This document shows, piece by piece, positions 50,401 to 61,481 of a stretch of 64,000 nucleotides of DNA. The DNA is from a virus. The translations under genes and the position numbers were made by a program. The stretch lies in the IMG/VR virus record IMGVR_UViG_3300005002_000001; one strand, given 5' to 3'. The first letter of the stretch is position 1, and each line of letters starts with the position of its first letter. The notes under the pieces were generated by a model, which saw only the letters and a program-made list of their open reading frames with translations, ran no database searches and was not told where the DNA came from.

Positions 50401-53310
50401 TTACCGGGTAAATCTCATCGAATAAATACTCGGAACGTACAGAGGCTCTTCCCTATTGCGAACAGTTCCGTCAAAGTACGGCAAAGAAGAAGTTGCCTCG
50501 AAGCTTAGGTTTGAAGAAAAAGTGTTTTCGGGTTTGATTGTAGATCCGTTGGGTCCGATGAATTTGACATTGACGGGAGCCGCCAGAACAGTGACTCCAT
50601 TGTGAAATTTGCCGTCCGGGCGCTGTTCTAGCATATCTCTGAACTGACCGTAACGATCTCGTCGGAAGACGGCCTTTGTCTGAGTTTCAAACCCATTCAA
50701 CATTCCGTATTTCCAGCCTCGAGCTATGGCTCCTCGGCTAGTTCTGTTGCTATAGCCGTAGGGCGGAGCGCCTGCATCCGAAGTTTTTGTCCTGTAAAAC
50801 GGTCGACACGTCGACCCATAGAACCCGCCAGACTGCTCTTCGCTAAAAATGTTTCGTCGGCAATTATTCCAATCTCCAGATCCGTAGAGGATTTTGATGA
50901 TGTCTTCGTACCGCAATCCAGAAAAGTTACCATTGATCGAATCGGCATGGATTCGATAGTTCTGAGCAATTCCTAGCTCAGTGTTGCCGGGTGGATACAT
51001 CTCGATAGCGATTTTCGTATCGACTGGAGAAAGCGTACTCAATCGAGTCGATCCTCCGAAGAATCCGCTAGTGTTGTATCGAGATGTCACCTTGTCTACA
51101 AGTTTAGTACGAATCAGATTAGAGTATTTGGGTTCGAATGGGAATGAACGAGTCCAATCAGTGACCGTGAAACCGATGGTGACAAAGTCAATAAAATCTA
51201 GACTGATCAACATGTCTCCGGATCCGACCACGGCGTTGTAAGGAGCACCCGAACCTTCTTTTCGAAAGATCTCATCGAATCGAGGAATCATGCTATCATA
51301 GAATTGCTCGTTATCGCTAGTGATCTGCGAGTTTCTGAAGAACTGCACGCGTTCCCAGTACTTGACTTCTTGCTCGGACAAGAAGATAGAAGGCATCGTA
51401 TTTTGAGGATCAAAATTCGTCGCGTCGGCAAGAAGCTGTCGCGACCACTGATATTCTAGACGATTTAGAAACGGAGTCGTCGTGCCCGACATGAACTGCG
51501 CTCTGGTCGATCCCGTAAACTCTTGCTGAGACCCGATGTCCCATTCATCGACTATTACATTGTGAATCGATTCATGAACTGCGTTGGTATCGAGTCGAGA
51601 ATTGAGAGTGTCATGATATTCGACTCCCTCTCTTACCATGCTACCGTACATCGTGATCTTGACAGATCCCGTATCCATCCAGATATCATGAGCCTGATTG
51701 AGGTTCATGCTTCCGTTGAAATTGAATGGAACTGTTCCGTTGACGGCGCTCTGTGAGACGCACGCTCGATACTTCGAAACAGAAAGAACGAGCTTATCAG
51801 AAGGAAACAGGATGTACGGAGATATCGCTGTCTGCTCGTAGTTGTAGAGATAGACATCGCAGTACGAACCAATTCCCTCAGGAAAGAAACGAGCAAGGGC
51901 CGAAATGCCATCACCATCGGGAACGGAAAATTCCTTGCCAAAGACGCTACGGCCAGCGGCGACTCCTCTCATCGATCGTCCGAAAGGGTTGACAGAGATA
52001 GCAAAAGAATTTCGTAACTTGTCACCTCGATTTTGGCCGTAGAGACCGTACGATCCAGGAACGCAGAAGAATCCAAGAGAGGTGACTCCGTTAGAAATTC
52101 TAGGCTCAAGTTGAAATTTCAGAGTGCCAGTGAATGTCTGATCTGACCCGGAAGATACGACGATGGCCGGTTGACCGTATGACTTGAATCCCGAAGCGAA
52201 GCGCTCGTTATAGAGAGGGCTGATGTCCTGTCCGATGAAATTGTCGTTTTCTGGGATGATGGTGGCCGATAGGATCAGATCTCTGTTGTTTCGATTGATC
52301 TGATTGATCAGACCAAAAGTGACGGCCGGACCGCCAGTGTCAAACGGATCGCCACGGTAACCGTTGATAGCGTTTAGTCTGACAAATCTCGTGTAATCTC
52401 TGAGCCATCCAGGGCCCGCCTTGATGGGCACTTCCATGATGATCTTCTCGACCATGAACGGTTGAGAGATGTAACGATTCATCTGGATGTACTGGGAAGA
52501 TGTCGCTTCGAAATTCGAATCGATCAAAGCTGACTGCGTATTGACGAGACTCAGTAGCCTTCCCATGTTGGAAAAAGCCGTGGGAATATTGTCCTGTAGA
52601 TACGAACGAGGCAGGGTCTGGTCTTCGGTCGGAGTATTCAGAATGTGACCCAACTGCAGCACATCCTGTTTAGAACTCGATAGAATGTTCGAACCCAAAT
52701 GGTTGAAAAGTCTGGTCTCCCAGAAATTCATGTTGGCCCAGGGACGGTGCCTGATGCCTGCGGCAATCTCTTCGAATCGACCTCGTTCGTTGTTCAGATA
52801 ATAGATGCTCGCAGACGAGGGCTGCATCTGCACCGCCGTCGCGACTGGAATGTCGATAGAAATTTTGGTCTTGCTATCCAGCTTCGACAAAAATCCGAGG
52901 CCGAATTCGGATAGAGAGGATCCCGTCTTGAAAAATTCTGTCGTCTTGAGATCTTGATCGTAAAGCTTGCTTTCGACGTATGGCTTGATGGCCTCAAACT
53001 GTCGAGTCGGAGTCAGCCACTGTTCGACGTCTCGAATAGCGTTGCCTGAAACGAAGATGGACGATGTCAGATTGCCGATCAGATACTTCGATCCGGACGG
53101 GATGGATGTCGGTAGAGAGACGAATTGCGGTCCCTCGGACGCGGTGCCGACCAGCTGTGTATAGACAAATGTGTCAGTGTCATCGAAGAAGATCGAGCCA
53201 GCACCCGTGCGATTCGAATCTCCCGTGCGCGCGACGGTCGGATATCGGCTGATCTGGTTATCCAGAATCCGAACTTCGAGTCGTGGGGATCTTTTCTTCT
53301 TAGAGGGCAT
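50401..53310 (-). CDS. large virion structural protein, paralogue of 53314-56193
   Basis: conserved N-terminus (...RILDNQISRYPTVARTGDSNRTGAGSIFFDDT) and C-terminus (YSSNLSFEATSSLPYFDG(T/Q)VRNREEPL). Confidence 0.55.
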   Translation of the reverse strand: MPSKKKRSPRLEVRILDNQISRYPTVARTGDSNRTGAGSIFFDDTDTFVYTQLVGTASEGPQFVSLPTSIPSGSKYLIGNLTSSIFVSGNAIRDVEQWLTPTRQFEAIKPYVESKLYDQDLKTTEFFKTGSSLSEFGLGFLSKLDSKTKISIDIPVATAVQMQPSSASIYYLNNERGRFEEIAAGIRHRPWANMNFWETRLFNHLGSNILSSSKQDVLQLGHILNTPTEDQTLPRSYLQDNIPTAFSNMGRLLSLVNTQSALIDSNFEATSSQYIQMNRYISQPFMVEKIIMEVPIKAGPGWLRDYTRFVRLNAINGYRGDPFDTGGPAVTFGLINQINRNNRDLILSATIIPENDNFIGQDISPLYNERFASGFKSYGQPAIVVSSGSDQTFTGTLKFQLEPRISNGVTSLGFFCVPGSYGLYGQNRGDKLRNSFAISVNPFGRSMRGVAAGRSVFGKEFSVPDGDGISALARFFPEGIGSYCDVYLYNYEQTAISPYILFPSDKLVLSVSKYRACVSQSAVNGTVPFNFNGSMNLNQAHDIWMDTGSVKITMYGSMVREGVEYHDTLNSRLDTNAVHESIHNVIVDEWDIGSQQEFTGSTRAQFMSGTTTPFLNRLEYQWSRQLLADATNFDPQNTMPSIFLSEQEVKYWERVQFFRNSQITSDNEQFYDSMIPRFDEIFRKEGSGAPYNAVVGSGDMLISLDFIDFVTIGFTVTDWTRSFPFEPKYSNLIRTKLVDKVTSRYNTSGFFGGSTRLSTLSPVDTKIAIEMYPPGNTELGIAQNYRIHADSINGNFSGLRYEDIIKILYGSGDWNNCRRNIFSEEQSGGFYGSTCRPFYRTKTSDAGAPPYGYSNRTSRGAIARGWKYGMLNGFETQTKAVFRRDRYGQFRDMLEQRPDGKFHNGVTVLAAPVNVKFIGPNGSTIKPENTFSSNLSFEATSSLPYFDGTVRNREEPLYVPSIYSMRFTR

Positions 53311-53313
53311 CTG

Positions 53314-56193
53314 TCATCCCATGTACTGGAATTGCTGAATATTCGTGAAGCTGAGAGGTTCTTCTCTATTTCTAACCTGTCCGTCGAAAAACGGCAAGGA
53401 AGATGTGGCTTCGAAGCTCAAATTGGAAGAGTACGTCTCTTCGGGACGGACTCGACTACCTGATGAATTGAGGAATTTTACGTTGACGACGGCCGAGCCG
53501 GCGAATGATAGATTCTTTTTTGTCGACAGGAGTCGACGACCGATTCTCTCTGCTTCATCGACCGTTTGAAAGAATTTCGTATCTTGTCGCTGCTCGAGCA
53601 TGTCTCGATACTGCCCGTATTTATCTCTTCGGTAGATTCCTTTGGAGTACTGGGGCAGTGCGTTGACGAGTCCGTATTTCCATCCTCTGATCTCGGCGCC
53701 TGCGTAGCTGTTCGTGAAAACATTTTCGATCATCAAGGGCCGATCGGTCGCGCCGAACGTCTTGGATCCCGCTCGATAGCAATTATTAAATTGACCGATG
53801 CCATAAAGAAGCTTCAGGGCTACTTCGTTTCGAAGTCCGACTCTCTGAGCTCCTGGATCGACCTGGTCGATACCGATGTTGTGAATGTTGTTTCCAACTC
53901 CTACTTTGATGACCATGTTGTCATTCATGTCGAAATAACGACCGTAGTAGGAAAAGAAGGAAAAGAAGTTCAATAGAAAGCGAGCAAAAAACTTCTGTGT
54001 CGTAGCTCGTAGGACAGTGCCGTATCTAGGTTCGAACGGGAAGGATCGGCTCCAATCGTTAGAAGAGTGATCTAGATAGATGCTCGAATACTGATTTGAG
54101 TCGAGGTTGACAGTGATGACGTTTCGAGGACCGGTACCGAACAAAAGCCAGGCGTAAAGACGTGTGAAATATCGACCCCTTCGTAAGATTTCGTCGAGCG
54201 GCGGAACGAGACTGTCATAGAATCTTTCTGTAACGGAATTAGCTTCAGCATATCTCCTGAATGACACGAGATGATAGATAAAGCGTCGGCGATCGCTGAC
54301 TCGATCGGCAAACGTCAGACGAGCATTAGCATTGCTATCCAGAGATGACCTCCAACGCGCTCGGCCCGCATTGTTATTGGCAAAGATGCTACCAGAGACG
54401 TAATCGGTGATGTATGTATCGCGAAGCTCGTCTTTGTAGAAGACGTCATATTCATCGTAAATCGGATCGCCTCCGATGATTTCGTGAACAGCAGCCGATG
54501 TACCGTTCGGATTGTGACCGTCGTTGCTTTCGATGCCCTCACGAAGAAGAGAACCGAAGAGTGTGATGTTGATCTTTCCCTCGAGGACCACGAAATCGTG
54601 AGATCCGGTCGGAGCTCCGAGCGAAGTATACGTGCCGTTGACGGAAATCATCGGACGATGCTTAGAAAGAGTCAACATCAAGCTATCTTTGGGATAGATG
54701 ATGTACGGGCTCGGCACATTAGAATCGAAGGACCAGATTTCGGGATAATCTCCAGCGATGCCGGTGCCGGGCGTACCAAAAAGCTTTTTGTTGTTGGATT
54801 CGATGTTGAATGTCGAAATTTGTGGCGTCGTAAATTCCTTGCCGAAGATCGATCGTCCGCAAGGATCGATCGTCGAACCTCGTCCGTAAGGATCGACAGA
54901 TCCGATGTAGCTCTCTTTGAATTCGGTCGCTGTCCACTGACGGCCGGCGGCCGGCGGAGCGCCGTAGCTGATTAGGCTATTTCTGACGTTAGCCGTGCCG
55001 GGAACGACGATGGTTCCCGTAAACTTTCCATCCGCATTGGGCTCGATCGCGGTCGAGGCTCTTCCAAAACTTCGGAAGCCGTACATAGCTCTGTATGTGT
55101 TGCCTCCCGAAATGAAATTCATCGTACCCGAGATGTCGTCGCCGGCTGGGATGACAGTGGCAGACATGATCAGATCTCGCTTGCCGCTATTGTTTGTACC
55201 GAGCAAAGCAAACGTGACACATGGACCGCCTGCATCAGGCACATTATCAAACGGACCGTTGGGCATCATTTGAGTGCGATCGTTGAACCAACCGGTACCC
55301 GCCCTCAGAGGAAATTCGATGACAGCCTTTTCGATGACAAATGGATGGTTGATGTAACGATCCATTCGAATCAGATTATTGGGAGTCGGGGCGTAACGTG
55401 GATCTGTCAAAACAGAAGCGGTATTGTTTTGCCACTGAAATGCGTCGTTTAAAGACGTTTTGACTTTCGATACGTCTTTGACTCCGTAGAAAGGGACGTT
55501 GGCAGCGCCGGACAGCAAAAAGTTGCCAAACGGTCCGAACATCTTAGCGTCCATGTTGGGATATGTCGTCGCCAGGCTGGCGTTATCGGTCGCCGGTCCT
55601 TCGGCGGTCGTAGCTACTCCTTGAAGGATTCCGTTGTCTCCGTCGACAACATTGCTACGCCAATAGTAAACGCTAGCTCGATTGCCAGGAATCGTCTGGG
55701 GTCCGACGTTGTTTAGCCTGATTCGAACAGCAATTTTGGATTTGAGCTTAGATTGCAGACCAAAACCGACATGCTCAACAGCTGTGCCCGTCAAGAAAAA
55801 ATCCGAATTGTCTTCGATCTGTTCGTGCAGACCGTCTTCTCTAAAGGGTCCCGGAGCTTCAGAAAAGATGGGAAGATTGTTGATCGTCCCGACCGAGCTT
55901 TTGACAGTCTTGCCAAAAGTAACGATAGAGCTTGTGAAGTCAGTGGCTTGATGCAGCTTAGATCCGACTGTCAGCGTCGAGGGCCAGGAGATGCTAGAAG
56001 ACGCCTGCGAACCGCTCGAACCCGACGGGACGTAATACGATGGATCGTAGAGGACAGTCGTCGTATCGTCGAAGAAGATCGATTGATTGCCCTTCCTCGT
56101 CGGGTCTCCCGTTCTCAGGATGCTCGGATATGTTCCGGGACGATCGTCCTGGCGGCGTATCTCGATTCTGGGTAATTGCTTCCTTTGAGACAT
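53314..56193 (-). CDS. large virion structural protein, paralogue of 50401-53310
   Basis: see 50401. Confidence 0.55.
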   Translation of the reverse strand: MSQRKQLPRIEIRRQDDRPGTYPSILRTGDPTRKGNQSIFFDDTTTVLYDPSYYVPSGSSGSQASSSISWPSTLTVGSKLHQATDFTSSIVTFGKTVKSSVGTINNLPIFSEAPGPFREDGLHEQIEDNSDFFLTGTAVEHVGFGLQSKLKSKIAVRIRLNNVGPQTIPGNRASVYYWRSNVVDGDNGILQGVATTAEGPATDNASLATTYPNMDAKMFGPFGNFLLSGAANVPFYGVKDVSKVKTSLNDAFQWQNNTASVLTDPRYAPTPNNLIRMDRYINHPFVIEKAVIEFPLRAGTGWFNDRTQMMPNGPFDNVPDAGGPCVTFALLGTNNSGKRDLIMSATVIPAGDDISGTMNFISGGNTYRAMYGFRSFGRASTAIEPNADGKFTGTIVVPGTANVRNSLISYGAPPAAGRQWTATEFKESYIGSVDPYGRGSTIDPCGRSIFGKEFTTPQISTFNIESNNKKLFGTPGTGIAGDYPEIWSFDSNVPSPYIIYPKDSLMLTLSKHRPMISVNGTYTSLGAPTGSHDFVVLEGKINITLFGSLLREGIESNDGHNPNGTSAAVHEIIGGDPIYDEYDVFYKDELRDTYITDYVSGSIFANNNAGRARWRSSLDSNANARLTFADRVSDRRRFIYHLVSFRRYAEANSVTERFYDSLVPPLDEILRRGRYFTRLYAWLLFGTGPRNVITVNLDSNQYSSIYLDHSSNDWSRSFPFEPRYGTVLRATTQKFFARFLLNFFSFFSYYGRYFDMNDNMVIKVGVGNNIHNIGIDQVDPGAQRVGLRNEVALKLLYGIGQFNNCYRAGSKTFGATDRPLMIENVFTNSYAGAEIRGWKYGLVNALPQYSKGIYRRDKYGQYRDMLEQRQDTKFFQTVDEAERIGRRLLSTKKNLSFAGSAVVNVKFLNSSGSRVRPEETYSSNLSFEATSSLPFFDGQVRNREEPLSFTNIQQFQYMG

Positions 56194-56238
56194 CTCTGAC
56201 GGATATAATCTACACTAAGTACGCCATCATGAAAGCTC

Positions 56239-57090
56239 TCAGTCAGCAGGAGGACGAGATACGCTGCTAGAAATGTAGTAATAGCCTCCGAAGGCGATCG
56301 AGTCAGTACCTTCGGAAGTGTCAAACGAGAAACCAGACGGCATCGATTTCTTATTTGTGGGAACGTAATTGTCCTGGCGGGATCCCAAAGACAACACTTT
56401 GGATCGAAAATCGGAGTCCATGTTGGTCGATGCGAGACTGCCCGAAGCTATCGGATTGTCAGACCACGGGACGATTCGGTTGGGCGTCAGATCGACGACG
56501 CCCGGAAGAGTCACGTTTCCGATCGAGCCGACTTGATCGAGAAACGCGGCTTCGTTGGGTCGAGAGTTCAATTCATAAACGGAGACGATTTGGTCGTTTC
56601 GGCCGTCGGTGATATCATTGCCATCGGCCAGACGAACGAATATATTCCTCGATTCTTTGAAATCCTCTGTTTCGTAGAGGCTAGCTCTAGCCTTGATAAC
56701 GATAGGTTCCAATACTCCGTCCATGGCGAAAGCAAAGGATGTCGGAGGATTTCGATTGACTCTAAGAAACGTCGATTCGCATGATCGAAGAGCGCCGTCT
56801 GTGACGGGATTCGATCGAAGATAGGTGTCAGGCCCGTAGGTATCGAGGTCATAATACCAGTTCTCGTCGACTAGCGGCGCGCGGGACTGACCAAATTTGT
56901 TTTGAATGAGCTGATGCTCTGGGAAGCCCGAATGAATCTTGACGGCTCCCATAAAATAGAAATTGCCTCTGAGTTCGACTCCTTGTCGAAATTGATCGGT
57001 CAACTGCAGATCGCTGCCCGATACGACATGGGCTTGTCGATAGTTGATCTGCACGACAGACGAGTCATTGAAGGGAGGAACGGAAGGCAT
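56239..57090 (-). CDS. structural protein, paralogue of 57090-57977
   Basis: shared blocks (TFGQS, FRQG(V/I)EL, DSIAFGG). Confidence 0.5.
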   Translation of the reverse strand: MPSVPPFNDSSVVQINYRQAHVVSGSDLQLTDQFRQGVELRGNFYFMGAVKIHSGFPEHQLIQNKFGQSRAPLVDENWYYDLDTYGPDTYLRSNPVTDGALRSCESTFLRVNRNPPTSFAFAMDGVLEPIVIKARASLYETEDFKESRNIFVRLADGNDITDGRNDQIVSVYELNSRPNEAAFLDQVGSIGNVTLPGVVDLTPNRIVPWSDNPIASGSLASTNMDSDFRSKVLSLGSRQDNYVPTNKKSMPSGFSFDTSEGTDSIAFGGYYYISSSVSRPPAD

Positions 57091-57977
57091 CAGACTTCGA
57101 TCTCCTCAGCGATTTGGATCGGAGACGCCGACATACCACCGAAGGCGATCGAATCGGTGCCAAACCTGCTAAAATCGTGGACAAATCCCGAAGTCATGAC
57201 GATCTGATCGGACGACGCATAACTGTCTTCTGGAGGAGACATGCTACGTAACGCGTCTATCATCTGACCGCTCATATTCACACTCAGTTTAATTCCCGTC
57301 GACAGCTTATTGTCTCTTACCGGTCCGGTGAAAGCAATTTCTGGGCTAACGTAGCCTTCGATGACGGCGCCTCCGCCTTCGGCTGTGTCGACCGAGTCGA
57401 AGTAATTGATGGCCGAATGTTCGTCAGCCGGTGTGTATTTGTTGACGATCTGATCGTGAGCCAGCAAGTAGTTGACGTTACCTTCTAAAAAGGCCGCTTT
57501 GATATCGTGAGCGAAGAAAGGAATATCGATAGAGTAATTGTTGGATTTCTCTCTGAGGGCGAACGGCTCTAGAGCTCCATCTCCATTTAGAAACTCATAT
57601 CGATCGATGTCTCCGACAATGACGGGAAACGTATTTTCGTACGTTCGAAGCAGCGTTTCCTGCGAAATGTGGTGATCCCACTGGACGTAAGTGACAGGAT
57701 TCCAGTTGTCGACTTCTTCGAAACGAGGATAGGGAGACACTCTGATCTTGGATTGACCGAAAGTGCACTGCTTGACTTCGTGTTCGTCTTCCCCCGAATG
57801 AATCTTGACAGTGCCCTCGTAGTAATAACGAGGCATGGTCAGCTCTATGCCTTGCCTAAAGCGGTCGAAGGACGTAGTGTCGGTACCGTCAGCGTAAGAA
57901 ATTTCGACGTCAGTCCAATGCGTTTTATTGGGCTTCGTATCGTTGAATGGCTTGACGGAGTTGGGGTTTAGAGACAT
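57090..57977 (-). CDS. structural protein, paralogue of 56239-57090
   Basis: see 56239. Confidence 0.5.
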   Translation of the reverse strand: MSLNPNSVKPFNDTKPNKTHWTDVEISYADGTDTTSFDRFRQGIELTMPRYYYEGTVKIHSGEDEHEVKQCTFGQSKIRVSPYPRFEEVDNWNPVTYVQWDHHISQETLLRTYENTFPVIVGDIDRYEFLNGDGALEPFALREKSNNYSIDIPFFAHDIKAAFLEGNVNYLLAHDQIVNKYTPADEHSAINYFDSVDTAEGGGAVIEGYVSPEIAFTGPVRDNKLSTGIKLSVNMSGQMIDALRSMSPPEDSYASSDQIVMTSGFVHDFSRFGTDSIAFGGMSASPIQIAEEIEV

Positions 57978-57980
57978 CGA

Positions 57981-60900
57981 TTAATATTTCTTGATGATGC
58001 CCGCGATCTGCTGCAGCAGCAATGTATCTCTGAATCGGTATCTGTCATTTTCTCCCAAATAAATGTCGTTACCCAGCAATTCGAACTTGGGTCGTTCGAG
58101 CATGTGAGATTCGATAACAAAATTCGTTCCGAAGTACTTCGTTTTTCTGGGAATGAGCTGATCGATGAACATGCCAATCGACTGCTCGAACCATCGGAAG
58201 AATTCGAAGAACGATTTGAAATTGAGCTTGTCAGTCAGACGATTGAAATAGATGTCTCTCAGATATTCGAGACCGGGATAATCGGGAGAGAAGATCAGTT
58301 CGGGATTGCCGATGACATTGTCCAACGAATCCAATGTAGCAAAGATATTGATCATGTCCCGATTGAGAGCGTCGACCAACGAGAATTCGATAGAGAATCT
58401 CGTATTGTCGGTCGGACGCTCACTGGGATTGATTCGATAGACAGGCGCGACCTCGGCCCAGGGAGTCTCTTGTACCTTGTCGAAGTCCTGGTAGCTTCTG
58501 ATTCGAATTTTTTCGTTGGTCGACGCCTCGTCGAAGTATGGAGAGATGGTGGAAAATCGGAAAATGTCGACCGCAAACGGGTTCGTCGACGAACCCCAAT
58601 TGGATCCGGTAGCGTGCAAATTATGCTGTGAGAAATCGAAGAAGATGATTCGGCCATCCGGATCGGTAGTCTTCGTCGGCTGCCGCATCGAAATATCCAT
58701 TCTGAGCTTGCCGAAAGAACCTGAGTTGGCGTTAGAGAAATTGAAGTTCGTCAGCGGATCTTCGACTCCGATCGATTTGTAGTTCTTAGTGTGTTCCTTC
58801 CACTCGGCATTACTCAGAGCCTTGGACCAGAATCTGATCTGATTGATATGACCTTCGAAGATCGTTCGGTGAGCCGCCGACTCAGTGACAGCGGTCGTAT
58901 TATTGAGATACAAATAGCCCGCATCGGCTCCTGTAATGACGGATCCCGTGCCGATCTTGATGCAAGTGCCGCTAGCATTCAGAATGGTGTCGATTTCTCC
59001 ATCTAGAGAATTATTGACGCCCGGCTCTCCACCGGCATACGATCCGATTTCTCGGAACCATGCAGTAGATTCGTGATATTCTGTTCCCAGAGAATCTTTG
59101 CCGGCCCGTAAGAAGTAAGAAGAGGAAGCGTATACTTTAGACTCGAACTCATCGCCCCGCTTTCGTCCGAAAGAAATATTCCAACGATCTCCGTCGAAGA
59201 CGTCGGCCGGGACGGTGAGCTTCAAAACGGGAGAATTCGGACCGGCCGAAGGTCGACCGTACAACACGACTGAGTGAGGCTCAAAGATACCCGATCCGCT
59301 GATGGCGATCAGATTGAATGTGATTCCTCCCGAGCTTGAGAGAGCTCCCGTGACTTCCATTCTTCCCAGGCTCTGAGTGTTGGAAGTCAGCTTGATGTTG
59401 AGGGGATACTTGTATGTCGCCTCGTATGTCCAGGATCCGGACGTGAGCGCTCCGTCCTGTACGTCATCAGAGATTCCGTGCGGATGATACAGTTCCTTAT
59501 CGCGGAAGATTCCTCGAGGCTCGGGAAAACCCGGCTCGAAACGACTCGAAGAAAGAAAAGGCGTGACTAGATAAGCGTGCGTCGTACCGCTGAGCCAAAT
59601 TCCGGGTTCGATCTTTTCTTCGCGAGCATAAGTCAATGATCGCGCTGTCGGGCCTCCGAATTCTCTGATCCTGAATGAGTTGTCGGGATCGATTCCCACG
59701 GCTCGCATGAACGATTTGATGCTTCTTTGAGTTCCTTTAGAACGGATGATGCTACCCATCGAAACAAGGATTCGACGAAGGATCTGATTCTGGACGGACT
59801 TTAGCGGTTCGGCTCCGCGCGAGATATTGAATTCGACATTTTCTGGGCTAACGTACTGTTCGATGCTAGCATCCAAAAACAGCGGTGGCATGTTGAATCC
59901 CAGGGACTTATACATCTGCGGGATAAATTGATCGGGCGATGTATCGTCTGTCGAATAATCAACGAAATGTAGCTTGCTGAATGCATCGACAAAGATTTTC
60001 AATTCATCGAAGAACTTAGCCCAGATATAAAGGAATGTCAGCATGAGCTGGACATTGCCCAGCTTTCCCGAACCTGGAATCGAATTAGACTCGTATTCTT
60101 CTCCGATTAGGCCTTGCTGAGTTTCAAATCCGTCAAACGCCTGACCGTCGACCAGATAATGTTTGGGTACGAGACGTGTGATTAGATTGGGATTATCAGC
60201 GTCATACTGCGTCGCGCTGCTTAGCAGTTCAACATTTAGTTCTGCAACATCTCCGTATGAAGTGAAAAGGATGGGCGAAAGATCAGCTCTTTCCAATGTC
60301 ATCGGATTCGGAATCGATCCGGTCGAACGAAGCGAAAAGCTGAATCCATTGTCGATGTGAGAATGTAAGGAATGTCCCGAGCTGTCTAGAACGATTCGAT
60401 TGACAGAATCATTGGTGTCATCAGACAGAGCTCCTGAGGGTTCGTTAAACTTGAAGTAGAGTTTCAGATCATCGCTAGCATAGATCGTTTTCTGAGCGTA
60501 TGCAGCTTGCTTAGATTCGCTTCGAGTCGAATGGAAAAATCTAAACTCGTCGAGCGCGCCCGAGAACGTCTGATCAGGAGAAACAGAAGCTACGCCGATA
60601 TTGAATGTTGAGCCCGAACCGATAGTCAACATCGTGCCGACTGTCGTCAGCGGACCCATGACGACGCTTGTCGTCGAATCCATGGAGCCTTCGGATTCCA
60701 GGAACGTGCGTAGTCGGTGGAATCGACCGTCTTTATCGTATGTTAGAGCGACATGATTGAATCGACCCTTCGTCAATGGAACGGAGGCCGACATAAAGTA
60801 GCTGCCGCTTTGAACCACAAACGTAGAATTAGTAACAGTCGATGAACCTGTCGAATTCAAGAAATACGTGTAGCCGACATTGGTTCCCGAAATTCTCTGA

Positions 60901-61460
60901 AAGACGACTTGATCGCCGTTGCCCTGCGGCGGGACATAGATCTGCATTTCGATCGTCCAGGAAAGATCCCCAGGATCGATGACGGGTGTACCTGATTTGA
61001 CTTTCGACAGTTCAGGATAAACTCCACCGGCGTAATCACGAACAGAGATGCTTGTTCCGTTGGCACCGTTTTCTCCTGTCGCTGTGCCCGAGAAAAAGAG
61101 GTAACCTGTGTTCTTCGGGAAACGATCAAAGACCCACTTTTCGAACCCAGATAGGCCCTCAAAAAATTTTTCGTATTCCCGTCTGGTACCATCAAACGGA
61201 AAGCCGTTGATTATTCTGTCAAAGGCTACGTTGACATTTACTTCGGCCGAGTTGAAGAATGTGTGATTTTCGAACCTAGACCAATCGAGATTGACCTGCT
61301 GAGTCGATTTGAGTCCGACTCCTGGGACATCGTAAAAGAACGAACTCGTACTTTCAAAGTTGGAGTCAGAAGTCTGCTCGAGATTCGAGCGGATCGATCT
61401 AGCACCATCGATAATGGTTTGGATGAAGCTAGGAGTGAATCTCGAAGGCGTGTCTGCCAT
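57981..61460 (-). CDS. very large virion structural protein (1159 aa; baseplate/tail candidate)
   Basis: track ORF in structural operon; no assignable motif. Confidence 0.5.
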   Translation of the reverse strand: MADTPSRFTPSFIQTIIDGARSIRSNLEQTSDSNFESTSSFFYDVPGVGLKSTQQVNLDWSRFENHTFFNSAEVNVNVAFDRIINGFPFDGTRREYEKFFEGLSGFEKWVFDRFPKNTGYLFFSGTATGENGANGTSISVRDYAGGVYPELSKVKSGTPVIDPGDLSWTIEMQIYVPPQGNGDQVVFQRISGTNVGYTYFLNSTGSSTVTNSTFVVQSGSYFMSASVPLTKGRFNHVALTYDKDGRFHRLRTFLESEGSMDSTTSVVMGPLTTVGTMLTIGSGSTFNIGVASVSPDQTFSGALDEFRFFHSTRSESKQAAYAQKTIYASDDLKLYFKFNEPSGALSDDTNDSVNRIVLDSSGHSLHSHIDNGFSFSLRSTGSIPNPMTLERADLSPILFTSYGDVAELNVELLSSATQYDADNPNLITRLVPKHYLVDGQAFDGFETQQGLIGEEYESNSIPGSGKLGNVQLMLTFLYIWAKFFDELKIFVDAFSKLHFVDYSTDDTSPDQFIPQMYKSLGFNMPPLFLDASIEQYVSPENVEFNISRGAEPLKSVQNQILRRILVSMGSIIRSKGTQRSIKSFMRAVGIDPDNSFRIREFGGPTARSLTYAREEKIEPGIWLSGTTHAYLVTPFLSSSRFEPGFPEPRGIFRDKELYHPHGISDDVQDGALTSGSWTYEATYKYPLNIKLTSNTQSLGRMEVTGALSSSGGITFNLIAISGSGIFEPHSVVLYGRPSAGPNSPVLKLTVPADVFDGDRWNISFGRKRGDEFESKVYASSSYFLRAGKDSLGTEYHESTAWFREIGSYAGGEPGVNNSLDGEIDTILNASGTCIKIGTGSVITGADAGYLYLNNTTAVTESAAHRTIFEGHINQIRFWSKALSNAEWKEHTKNYKSIGVEDPLTNFNFSNANSGSFGKLRMDISMRQPTKTTDPDGRIIFFDFSQHNLHATGSNWGSSTNPFAVDIFRFSTISPYFDEASTNEKIRIRSYQDFDKVQETPWAEVAPVYRINPSERPTDNTRFSIEFSLVDALNRDMINIFATLDSLDNVIGNPELIFSPDYPGLEYLRDIYFNRLTDKLNFKSFFEFFRWFEQSIGMFIDQLIPRKTKYFGTNFVIESHMLERPKFELLGNDIYLGENDRYRFRDTLLLQQIAGIIKKY

Positions 61461-61481
61461 TGCTAGTCCTTAAAATACAAC

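Noticed and set aside
50401-61460. One-to-one mapping of the structural operon onto T4 baseplate genes gp6-gp12
   Set aside because: Sizes and order are only loosely compatible. The 283/295-aa pair are mutual paralogues, unlike gp8/gp9. No sequence similarity to T4 proteins was recognised. Only a generic tail/baseplate/fibre label is justified.
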